Source: an uncultured Pelagibacteraceae bacterium
Lineage (GTDB): Bacteria > Pseudomonadota > Alphaproteobacteria > Pelagibacterales > Pelagibacteraceae
DNA length: 64,000 nucleotides
Direction: 5' to 3'
NCBI GenBank assembly: GCA_902562205.1
Contig: CACESO010000004.1
Span: 6,665-70,664 of the forward strand
Below the pieces are notes generated by a model, which did no database searches, was not told the origin of the DNA, and saw only the letters and a program-made list of their open reading frames with translations. Shown one piece after another: positions 8,251 through 16,612 of this stretch (position 1 is its first letter; each line of letters begins with the position of its first letter). Made by a program: the position numbers and the translations under genes.

Positions 8251-9971
8251 TGTTATCCCAGCTAAGTAAAAAAAATATTAAAAAAAAACTAAGAGAAATT
8301 TATAGTTTTGATAATTCAAAAAAAAATTTAAATATTTATGCCGACGAAATTTATAGGGTTATTAACGAATATAATAAATTTGGAAAAAAGGGGAAAAAAA
8401 TAAAAGTATCAGAAAAAACCTCAGTTTTAATTTGTTATGGGGACAGCTTGTTCAATGGTAATAAGGAAAAAACAATAAAGATTTTTAGAAAATTTTATAA
8501 AAAAAAATTAGATCAATTTTTTGAAGTAATTCATTTTCTTCCTTTCTATCCATCAAGTAGTGATAGTGGATTTGCAGTGAAAGATCATTATCAAGTAGAC
8601 AAAAAATTGGGAGATTGGTCAGATATTTCTAGACTATCAAAAAATACTAATATTATGGCGGATGTTGTAATAAATCATGCCTCTTCAAAAGGTTTGTGGT
8701 TTAAAAATTTTTTGACTGATAAATCACCAGGTAAAGAATATTTTTTAACAGTAAATAAAAAATTTGATATTTCGAAAGTTATAAGGCCACGGGAAAATAG
8801 ATTGCTAAAAAAAATAAGTATTTTTAAAAAAGATAATCTTATATGGAGAACGTTTAGTGACGATCAAATTGATCTCAATTTTAGAAACCCAAAAGTACTA
8901 CTAAGATTCATAAAGATAATGATTAATTTAGTAAATCATGGAGTTACTATTTTTAGATTGGACGCAATAGCTTATTTGTGGAAAAAAAGTGGATCAAAAT
9001 GTGTTAATCTAAAAGAAACTCATGAAATTATAAAATTGTTGAGGATAGTTTGTAATTCTCTTAAATCAAAACCAATAATCATTACAGAAACTAATTTACC
9101 AGAAAATGAAAATTTAAGTTATTTTGGAACAAGAAATAATGAGTCTCATTGGATCTATAATTTTTCTTTACCACCATTATTAGTTCATTCTTTTCTTTTT
9201 GAAGATAGTACACATTTAAATAAATGGTGCAAAAATCTTCCACAAACAAATATTGGTAATAATTATTTAAATTTTATTGCCTCACATGATGGAATAGGCA
9301 TGAGACCAGTTGAAGGATATTTAAACAGAAAAAATTTATCAAAATTTTTTATACGTCTAAAAAAAAATGGTGGACAATTGTCATACAGGAAAGTTCAAAA
9401 TTCATCCAAAAAGGTATACGAGGCAAATATTACAATCTTTAATGCTTTTCAAAAAACTGATTATGATAAAAAGGGAAAATATTTCTTAGAGAGATATATA
9501 TCCGCACATGCTATTATGATTGCTTTTGAAGGAATACCAGCAATTTACTTTAATTCTATATTTGGAACTTCAAATGATGAATACAAGTATATTATTTCTA
9601 ATAATAAAAGAGATTTAAATAGATATAAATGGAATAAAAAAAGACTGGAAAGCTTACTTAAAGATAAAAATTCTAAACAAAGCATATTTTACCAAAAAAT
9701 TACAAATTTAATTTTAATCAAAAAACAAAATAAAGCTTTTCATCCTAATGCCAAAAGAGAAAATTTAAATATGGGAAAAAAAATATTTTGTTTTAAAAGG
9801 ACAAGTTTGGACAAAAAACAGGTTATATACAATATAACCAATTTATCATCAAAATATCACAAATTAAATTTGGATAATAAATTTATAAAATATAAAAACT
9901 TATTGGGCAAATTAAAGATAAATCGTAAATTTGAGCTTCAGCCTTATGAAACAGTATGGTTGTCAAATTAG
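8250..9971 (+). CDS. GH13_18 glycoside phosphorylase, probably glucosylglycerate phosphorylase
   Basis: HFLPFYP.SSD.GF, RLDAIAYLWK nucleophile, ITETN acid/base, ASHDGIG and YEANIT loop. TETN/YE are the glucosylglycerate phosphorylase-type residues rather than sucrose phosphorylase EIH/YQ. Confidence 0.78.
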   Translation: MLSQLSKKNIKKKLREIYSFDNSKKNLNIYADEIYRVINEYNKFGKKGKKIKVSEKTSVLICYGDSLFNGNKEKTIKIFRKFYKKKLDQFFEVIHFLPFYPSSSDSGFAVKDHYQVDKKLGDWSDISRLSKNTNIMADVVINHASSKGLWFKNFLTDKSPGKEYFLTVNKKFDISKVIRPRENRLLKKISIFKKDNLIWRTFSDDQIDLNFRNPKVLLRFIKIMINLVNHGVTIFRLDAIAYLWKKSGSKCVNLKETHEIIKLLRIVCNSLKSKPIIITETNLPENENLSYFGTRNNESHWIYNFSLPPLLVHSFLFEDSTHLNKWCKNLPQTNIGNNYLNFIASHDGIGMRPVEGYLNRKNLSKFFIRLKKNGGQLSYRKVQNSSKKVYEANITIFNAFQKTDYDKKGKYFLERYISAHAIMIAFEGIPAIYFNSIFGTSNDEYKYIISNNKRDLNRYKWNKKRLESLLKDKNSKQSIFYQKITNLILIKKQNKAFHPNAKRENLNMGKKIFCFKRTSLDKKQVIYNITNLSSKYHKLNLDNKFIKYKNLLGKLKINRKFELQPYETVWLSN

Positions 9972-9992
9972 AATTAAAAAAATAAAATATAT

Positions 9993-10106
9993 ATGTCTAA
10001 AAGATACAGTGGGAAATCATTTAAAGATTCAAGCGTAATGAAAAAACCTAAGTTATCTCTTAAAGAAAAGAGAAAAATTAAAAGAGATAAGAAAAGAAAT
10101 CGTTAA
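9993..10106 (+). CDS. Small highly basic protein (37 aa), hypothetical
   Basis: Hand-read ORF MSKRYSGKSFKDSSVMKKPKLSLKEKRKIKRDKKRNR; fills the gap after the phosphorylase. Confidence 0.55.
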   Translation: MSKRYSGKSFKDSSVMKKPKLSLKEKRKIKRDKKRNR

Positions 10107-11370
10107 TATACTTGGTTTTTAAAGAGTCCAATCGTCAAGTAGCTTATACCAAAAAAATAAAGTTGGAGCGTTTTATATTTTTTTTCAAAATAATGTTTTT
10201 TTATATCAAAATTCATTAAAATCATAAAAATTATAAAGATAAGTGGATCATAGTATTTGTTATAAATTGTTAATTGTGGATTAAAAAGATCAAAGAATTA
10301 TTTAAACTTTTTTTTAAAATTGTATAAATATATATTATTGAAAAAGTTGAAAATATAAAAAACAGGTAGTTATTTTGAAATAAAATATTTGAAAGTTTAT
10401 AAAAAAAACCTCCACCAAAGCCACTATTATACTCAGGATAATCAAAAAAATATATATTAACTAAAGAGAAAATAATTAGCGTTAATACTTCGGTAGATTT
10501 TAAATTAGATATTTCGTTCTTTATTAATTTAAAATTTAATATTGGCATAACAAAAAATAATATCATAGTTGAAATCACAAGTATTTTATTTGAAATATTA
10601 AAGGTATTAAAATTATTCATAACCATACCTTGCGCAGCACTAAAAGCTGCAAATACATCTTTTGAAAAGATATAATACAAAAATGGAATTGCTAGAAACA
10701 AGGAAAATACTAGCAGTAAAAAAAATTTTTGTTTTAAATTATACATTAAAAAGAAATTAAAAATGTAAAACAAAAAAAAAATACCAAATGCTGGATAAAT
10801 ATATGCACCAATTACTAGAAAAAAAATTGTTAATAAGCTTTGTTTAAACTTAAAAATTTCTCGTTTTTCCTCCATAAATTTTAAAAAATAAAAAATTGAT
10901 ACTGTAAAAAATAATAATCCCCAAATTAATGGATAGGGCCAAATAGAAAGTGATCTAATTGTTGGGGATAAAAAAATATAACATGCAACAAGTGTTAAAA
11001 CTAAACTGTTAATTTTTTTGTATTTTATTTTTAAACACTGAAAAAAGACAAAACAAATCATTAATGATACAAATGAATTAATTAATCTTAAAACATCATA
11101 AGAAAAAAATTTATCAATATAAGATATTAGAATCCAAAACGCAGGTGAATTTCTAGAGTCCATACTCGCCTCTTTCATGCCGAAGTTGTTAAATGTAGAA
11201 ATGAAATTTTCTGTAAATCCTAAAGATATTTTGTAGTGATAATTAAAATCGTCTTTTGCACCACCTAATGTATCTTCATTCAAGTAAAAACCAAACAAAA
11301 CTGTTATATAAAATAAAAAAAAAAGAATAATTATTTTTACATTAATATGGTTAAATTTTATCTTTTGCAT
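10103..11370 (-). pseudogene. Polytopic membrane protein (possible GT-C/PMT-like glycosyltransferase), frameshifted near 10285
   Basis: Track ORF (10270-11388; likely start ATG 11370) has many TM segments and stops at 10270. A second frame continues FNPQLTIYNKYYDPLIFIIFMILMNF...GLFKNQVY* to 10103. May be a sequencing or assembly error. Confidence 0.6.
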
Positions 11371-12832
11371 TTGTTTCTGCTTGTTCAAGAAGTTTGTCTA
11401 ATGAAATATTAGGTTTTATGACTAAAAAAATTTGAAATGAGAACAATCTTTTAGATATTTTTATTAATAAAAGATTTATTGTTTCAAAAAATTTACTTAA
11501 AAAATTTTTTCCAATAGCGAGTTGGTATGGTGCTGAAATTCCAGAGGTTCTTAATATACTAAAATCGCTTTGCTTAACCAAATTTGAGAAACTAGAGAAT
11601 GTAAATAAACGTGTATGAGTTTTATCCAGTATTCCTCTTGAGCCATAGTTAAACTTCCCAAATAAAAGCATTAATCTCATTATAAAAAATGCTATGTTAG
11701 GTGTGGAAATAAGAATCTCTACTTTTGAATTATTGTTTAATTTTTTTTTTAATTCTATAAAAAAATTCTCTGGATCTTTTAAATGTTCAATTACATCCAA
11801 AATTAATATATAATCAAATTTGTCATAATTCATTTCTGGAAGCCCATTATCTAGATTATGTTCAACATAATCTTTTAATTTTTGGTTTTGTCTAACATTA
11901 TAGTCTATTCCAGTTACTTCACATTCTTTTTCTATTAAAAGTGTTCCTAATTCTCCAGTATTACATCCAATATCTAAGACTTTTGAATTATTCTTTACAA
12001 TGTTAAGCGCTTTTTTATGAGTACTTTCAAATTTATCTTTTAAGATATAATTCCCTAATTTTTTTTCATAACAATCAAATTTACGATCATAAAAAATACC
12101 CAGTTGTTGTAATTTTGCTTTTAAATTAATTAGAAAAACTTGATATGCATATTTTAAACCATTCACATAAGATATCTCATCTCCGTAATAAGTTGGTATA
12201 GCTATTTCTTTTATTTTTTTTTTTGCTATTAAAAATTGAGCAATTATTTCATTATCAAAAGAATGGTCATTTGCGTTTAGGTTAAAAGGAATCTTTTTAA
12301 GAGCGTTTACGCTATAAACTCTGTAACCAGAGTGAAATTCAGAAAAATTAGTGCTAAATAAGAAATTTTGATAGAAAGTTAGTATCTTGTTTCCAATAAA
12401 TTTGTATAAAGGCATTCCTCCTTTTAATGCACCATTTTTGTTAATCATTCTTGATCCCCATACATAATCGGCATTTTCAGAGACTAGCGGCTCAACAAGT
12501 TTTTCTAAATATTCTGGAGCATACTGTCCGTCGCCATGGACTAAAGCAACGTAATCAAAATTATTTTTGATCGCGTATTGAAAACCAATTTTTTGGTTTC
12601 CACCATAACCTTGATTTACAGGGTTTGATAGAATCGTATATTTGAAGGGTTTATTGTTGTTGTCAATATATGATTTTATGATCTCAAAAGTATTGTCTGT
12701 TGAGGAGTCGTCATTAATTAGCACCTCAACATCAAATTTATTTATTAATTTTTCGTCTATTCTGTTGAGTACTTTTTCAATGAATTTTTCATGGTTATAT
12801 ACCACGATTAAAATTAATAATTTTTTCTTCAT
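11351..12832 (-). CDS. Fused GT2 (polyprenol-phosphate glycosyltransferase-like) and class I SAM methyltransferase
   Basis: N-terminal DDSSTD, NQGYGG, HGDGQY, GSRM, SEFHSGYR; C-terminal VLDIGCNTG, LDVIEHL, STPN, GILDKTHTRLFT. Confidence 0.85.
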   Translation of the reverse strand: MKKKLLILIVVYNHEKFIEKVLNRIDEKLINKFDVEVLINDDSSTDNTFEIIKSYIDNNNKPFKYTILSNPVNQGYGGNQKIGFQYAIKNNFDYVALVHGDGQYAPEYLEKLVEPLVSENADYVWGSRMINKNGALKGGMPLYKFIGNKILTFYQNFLFSTNFSEFHSGYRVYSVNALKKIPFNLNANDHSFDNEIIAQFLIAKKKIKEIAIPTYYGDEISYVNGLKYAYQVFLINLKAKLQQLGIFYDRKFDCYEKKLGNYILKDKFESTHKKALNIVKNNSKVLDIGCNTGELGTLLIEKECEVTGIDYNVRQNQKLKDYVEHNLDNGLPEMNYDKFDYILILDVIEHLKDPENFFIELKKKLNNNSKVEILISTPNIAFFIMRLMLLFGKFNYGSRGILDKTHTRLFTFSSFSNLVKQSDFSILRTSGISAPYQLAIGKNFLSKFFETINLLLIKISKRLFSFQIFLVIKPNISLDKLLEQAETNAKDKI

Positions 12833-12885
12833 TCAAAAGATTAATATATTAAAAATAAGAGAGAAAACAGATTTATATTTATATC

Positions 12886-12931
12886 AAAGAAAAAGGATGG
12901 GGCGTTCTGTTGCCAGGTGCCCCAAAACCTC
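12886..12931 (-). terminator. GC-rich hairpin with GNRA loop and U-tail after the small secreted protein gene
   Basis: Minus strand GGGGC-AC-CUG-GCAA-CAG-AAC-GCCCC followed by AUCCUUUUUCUUU. Confidence 0.6.
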
Positions 12932-12938
12932 TAAATGT

Positions 12939-13145
12939 TTATCCTTTGAACATTTCTAATGCTTTACTAAGTAATTCCTCTGACTTAGCATGATCACCAC
13001 TGTTATGAGCTTTCATACCAGCATCTTTGAGTTTTTGCACTTCAGCAATTTTCGCATCAACACTTTTTGCCATCATCGGACAAGAACCTGCAAATGCAGA
13101 ACTTGCAAATAGCAAAATAAATAGTGTTAAAATTAAATTTTTCAT
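12939..13145 (-). CDS. Small secreted helical protein (CP motif, H-x4-H), function unknown
   Basis: Signal peptide ending AFA; mature GSCPMMAK...AHNSGDHAKS; AAAGGA Shine-Dalgarno upstream. Confidence 0.8.
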   Translation of the reverse strand: MKNLILTLFILLFASSAFAGSCPMMAKSVDAKIAEVQKLKDAGMKAHNSGDHAKSEELLSKALEMFKG

Positions 13146-13203
13146 AATTTTCCTTTCATTAGATTAAATATATATATGTATTTAGTTATCAAATTTAAGC
13201 ATC

Positions 13204-13218
13204 AGAGTGTCACACTCT
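13204..13218. promoter_or_regulatory. Perfect 7-1-7 palindrome, candidate operator
   Basis: AGAGTGT-C-ACACTCT in a divergent intergenic region. Confidence 0.5.
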
Positions 13219-13258
13219 TTTAACTTTTAAACTTTAGATAGAATTAATATATTGAAAT

Positions 13259-13561
13259 ATGTTTATAGCAATGAATCGTTTTAAAATTGTTCTTGGTAAA
13301 GAAAAAGAATTTGAGGATGTTTGGAAAAAAAGAGACACTCACTTGAAAGATGTTCCAGGGTTTAAAGAATTTCATTTAGTTAAAGGTGAAACGAATAATG
13401 AGCACACTTTATATGCTTCACATAGTATTTGGAACTCAAAAAATGACTTTATTAACTGGACTAAATCTGAAGAGTTTAGACTAGCACATAAAAATTCTGG
13501 TCAACATAAAGGATTGTACTTAGGCCACCCAAATTTTGAGGGTTTTGAAGTAGTTCTTTAG
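13259..13561 (+). CDS. ABM-family monooxygenase, IsdG/HmuQ-like putative heme-degrading enzyme
   Basis: MFIAMNRF (Asn), FEDVW..R, PGF, W.KSEEFRLAH (Trp/His). Confidence 0.75.
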   Translation: MFIAMNRFKIVLGKEKEFEDVWKKRDTHLKDVPGFKEFHLVKGETNNEHTLYASHSIWNSKNDFINWTKSEEFRLAHKNSGQHKGLYLGHPNFEGFEVVL

Positions 13562-13564
13562 ATT

Positions 13565-13699
13565 TTAAAGTTTTCCAACACCCAACCAAGCTAGAACAAT
13601 AATTATTAACCAAATTACTCCTTTTATTAAAAAGAAAAAAAAACTTCCTGCGATTAAATATTTTCCAATCTTACTGTTCTTTAAAACTTTTTTGATCAC
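13565..13699 (-). CDS. Small membrane protein (44 aa), hypothetical
   Basis: Hand-read GTG-start ORF MIKKVLKNSKIGKYLIAGSFFFFLIKGVIWLIIIVLAWLGVGKL; starts 6 nt after the upstream stop. Confidence 0.6.
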   Translation of the reverse strand: MIKKVLKNSKIGKYLIAGSFFFFLIKGVIWLIIIVLAWLGVGKL

Positions 13700-13705
13700 C
13701 GCTAA

Positions 13706-14479
13706 TTAACGAATTGCAGATTTTACAGTTCCTATTTTTTCAATATTTGCTATGTAACTGCCTCTATTTTTTAGAGGAACAACACCTACTGTTGATCCTG
13801 TAAATACAAAAAAATTAGTATCTAATTTAACTCTATCTTTTCTCATTTTATTAAGAACAAATCGAAGGGAGTTAAGTGGGTTTATATAAACAGAATTAGT
13901 ATTTCCGTTTACTACATCACCAGTTTTAACATTTTTTATATTACATTTTAGATTTCCTATATTAACCTTTTTAAACTTTTTTTTTGCACCAATTAAGAAC
14001 TTTATGTTGGCACCGAAATCACTTGCTAAATCACCTAAAAATTTTATTCCTTGTTTTTTTTGTCTGTATCCAACAATTTCGATACAAGGCATCATATGAG
14101 TAATGAATTTACTCACATTTTTCATTGTAATTATTTGTTTATTATCAAAAAATTTTTTACTAATTAAATATCCAACCTCAACTTCTATTCCTAAAGTCGA
14201 ACGATTAATTTTTACACTTTTACCACTTTTTAGAACATTATTTTTAAATATTGCAGAATAGAAAGGTTCTTTTTCTTTTAATTTTTTTAATACTGGTAAG
14301 GCAGTGCCACCAGCTTTAAAACCCACCACCTTTGTATTTATTTTAGACTCACATAGTTTTCTAAGTTTTGTGGCGTTTTCAATATTTTTTGTAAACTTAA
14401 TTGGTATTGAATTTATAAGTTTGTTTTTTTTGTACGCGTAAACTAGCTTATCTGCAATTTTTTCAATTTCTTTTTTCAT
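13706..14479 (-). CDS. Fumarylacetoacetate hydrolase superfamily protein (2-keto-4-pentenoate hydratase-like)
   Basis: VVGFKAGGT, EPFY, GIEVEVG, PCIEI, ASDFGAN, TGS. Confidence 0.7.
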   Translation of the reverse strand: MKKEIEKIADKLVYAYKKNKLINSIPIKFTKNIENATKLRKLCESKINTKVVGFKAGGTALPVLKKLKEKEPFYSAIFKNNVLKSGKSVKINRSTLGIEVEVGYLISKKFFDNKQIITMKNVSKFITHMMPCIEIVGYRQKKQGIKFLGDLASDFGANIKFLIGAKKKFKKVNIGNLKCNIKNVKTGDVVNGNTNSVYINPLNSLRFVLNKMRKDRVKLDTNFFVFTGSTVGVVPLKNRGSYIANIEKIGTVKSAIR

Positions 14480-15279
14480 TAATTCAATACACTTCCAGGA
14501 TCTAGTTTAACATCAAACCAGTTTAATCTAACATCTAAATGAGGTCCTGTAGCGCGACCAGATTTCCCAACAGTGCCAATAATATCTCCTTTTCTGACCT
14601 CTTGCCCTATTTCAACAAAAATTTCATTCATATGCATATATAAAGTTGAAATTCCATGGCCATGATCAAAAATTAATGTCGCTCCAGTATAGTAAAGATC
14701 TTTTTCAGCAAGTGTAACTACTCCACTTAACATTGCTTTTATTGGAGTTCCAGTTTTTTGGGCATAATCTAAACCGTAGTGTGGCCACCTTGGTTTTCCA
14801 TTTAAAATTCTTTGACTACCATAAACCCCAGTTATAATTGCGTTATCAACTGGAGTTATAAATTTATCTTTAAAATATATCAGATCGGTATCAACAGCCC
14901 TTGCTTTTCCAATAAGTTTATTTTCTCTTCTAATTCTATCGTAAACCTCTTTGGGTGGTGTTACTTTTTTTTCAGGTAAACCATCTATTCTTTGTATTTT
15001 ATATTCTCTTTTTAAAACCTTCTTAACAAATTGATTTTTAATTCCATTAAGAGTTTCTGTTATAATAACGTCGTTTTTCCTATCTCTTCCAAGACCAAAT
15101 GCAAAAAAACCATCTTTTGAAACTCTTACACTTTTTTTATCTATTTGTATTTTAGCTCTAGGATCTGTTTTACCTAATATAAAGTGTCCTTGAATAAACT
15201 TTCCTTCAAATTCAATTGCTTGGCTATTAAATTGAATTAGTAAAAAAATTATTAGGTATTTGATTATTTTGAAGTCCAT
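14479..15279 (-). CDS. M23 family metallopeptidase
   Basis: HYGLD (HxxxD), DHGHG.STLYMH, GRATGPHL; N-terminal signal peptide. Confidence 0.9.
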   Translation of the reverse strand: MDFKIIKYLIIFLLIQFNSQAIEFEGKFIQGHFILGKTDPRAKIQIDKKSVRVSKDGFFAFGLGRDRKNDVIITETLNGIKNQFVKKVLKREYKIQRIDGLPEKKVTPPKEVYDRIRRENKLIGKARAVDTDLIYFKDKFITPVDNAIITGVYGSQRILNGKPRWPHYGLDYAQKTGTPIKAMLSGVVTLAEKDLYYTGATLIFDHGHGISTLYMHMNEIFVEIGQEVRKGDIIGTVGKSGRATGPHLDVRLNWFDVKLDPGSVLN

Positions 15280-16031
15280 CCACCATCAACCAATAAAGAA
15301 GTGCCAGTAATCATTGATGCCTGATCAGAGGCAAGAAATACCACAGCACTAGCAACATCAGAGAGCTCAGCAAATCTTCCTAGTGGAATATTTCCTAGAA
15401 CTTCCCTCATAAATTTTTTATCTTTTAAAAATTTACTTGTCATTGGAGTAACAACAAAAGTAGGACAAACGGTATTCACTCTTATATTGTATTTAGCAAG
15501 ATCTATAGACATTCCTTTTGTAAGTCCTTCAAAACCAAATTTGGTCATGTTGTAAACACTTCTAATTGGTCCACCGACGTGACCCATTTGTGAAGACATA
15601 TTAATAATTACACCTCCAACTTTTTTTCTATTTTTTAATTCAATCATTTTTAAAGAGCATAATTGAGCAATATTAAACGTTGCCATTGTATTAATCTTAA
15701 CTACGTATTCCATGTCTTTCCTTTTTACTTTTGTAAAATGTTCTGGAATATTTGTTCCAGCATTATTAACCAAAATATCTATTCTTTTTTGAGAATCTAT
15801 TACTGATTTTATCTCAGAGTATCTTGTCACATCGCAAACATACGATTTACATTTAGATCTAAATTTTTTAATGATTTTTGAGACCTGGTCTAAATCTTTT
15901 TTTGTTCGACTAACAATAATTAAACTAGCACCAGCTTCAGCTAGAGCAATCGCACAAGCTTTTCCGATACCTTTTCCAGCCCCAGTAACAAGAGCAATCT
16001 TATTTTTTAAGTTTTGTTTTTTAAGAAACAT
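15264..16031 (-). CDS. Short-chain dehydrogenase, HpsO-like (possible DHPS dehydrogenase)
   Basis: TGAGKGIG, NNAG, SSQMGHVGG..RSVYNMTK, VCPTF..TP, TGTSLLVDGGW; the HpsO resemblance is recalled, not computed. Confidence 0.75.
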   Translation of the reverse strand: MFLKKQNLKNKIALVTGAGKGIGKACAIALAEAGASLIIVSRTKKDLDQVSKIIKKFRSKCKSYVCDVTRYSEIKSVIDSQKRIDILVNNAGTNIPEHFTKVKRKDMEYVVKINTMATFNIAQLCSLKMIELKNRKKVGGVIINMSSQMGHVGGPIRSVYNMTKFGFEGLTKGMSIDLAKYNIRVNTVCPTFVVTPMTSKFLKDKKFMREVLGNIPLGRFAELSDVASAVVFLASDQASMITGTSLLVDGGWTSK

Positions 16032-16033
16032 TT

Positions 16034-16612
16034 TTAAAATAATAGTACTTTTATATCAGTATAAATCAATTCTATTGCAACTATAAGTATTGCTAACAAA
16101 CCTACCCAAGCAATCCATTTATATTTTTTAATCCATCCAGAAATTAATGTTGCAGCCGTTGCCATTAATATAATTGAAAGAGCAAGTCCAAAAACTAATA
16201 AGTAGTAGTGATCTCTTGCGGCCCCAGCAACTCCTAAAACATTGTCTAAACTCATAGTTATATCCGCTAGGATGACTGTTGTAATAGCCTTTAGAAAAGA
16301 TGAATTATCTATTTTGATGTTGTCCTTTTTTTCACTTTGTTTAACAACGTCTACATAAAGTTTATAACAAATGTATAGTAATAAAATTCCGCCAACTAAT
16401 CTTAATCCTGAAATTTGTAATAGATAAGCCGTAATAAGCGTAAACAGTATTCTCAAAATTACAGCTGCACCAATTCCCCAAAAGATTATTTTTTTTCTTT
16501 GCTCTGTTGGAAATTGCGATGCGACCATTCCAATAATAATTGCATTGTCTCCGGCAAGAACTAAATCGATGAAAATGATTTGAAAAAAAATTAAGATTTG
16601 CTCAGATAACAT
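16034..16612 (-). CDS. TerC/YjbE family membrane protein
   Basis: IDLVLAGDNAIIIG, ADITMSLDNVLGVAGAA. Confidence 0.88.
   Translation of the reverse strand: MLSEQILIFFQIIFIDLVLAGDNAIIIGMVASQFPTEQRKKIIFWGIGAAVILRILFTLITAYLLQISGLRLVGGILLLYICYKLYVDVVKQSEKKDNIKIDNSSFLKAITTVILADITMSLDNVLGVAGAARDHYYLLVFGLALSIILMATAATLISGWIKKYKWIAWVGLLAILIVAIELIYTDIKVLLF

Noticed and set aside
13233-13249. Possible Irr ICE box (TTTAGATAGAATTAATA) before the IsdG-like gene
   Set aside because: Only the left half resembles TTTAGAA-N3-TTCTAAA, which is too weak in AT-rich DNA.
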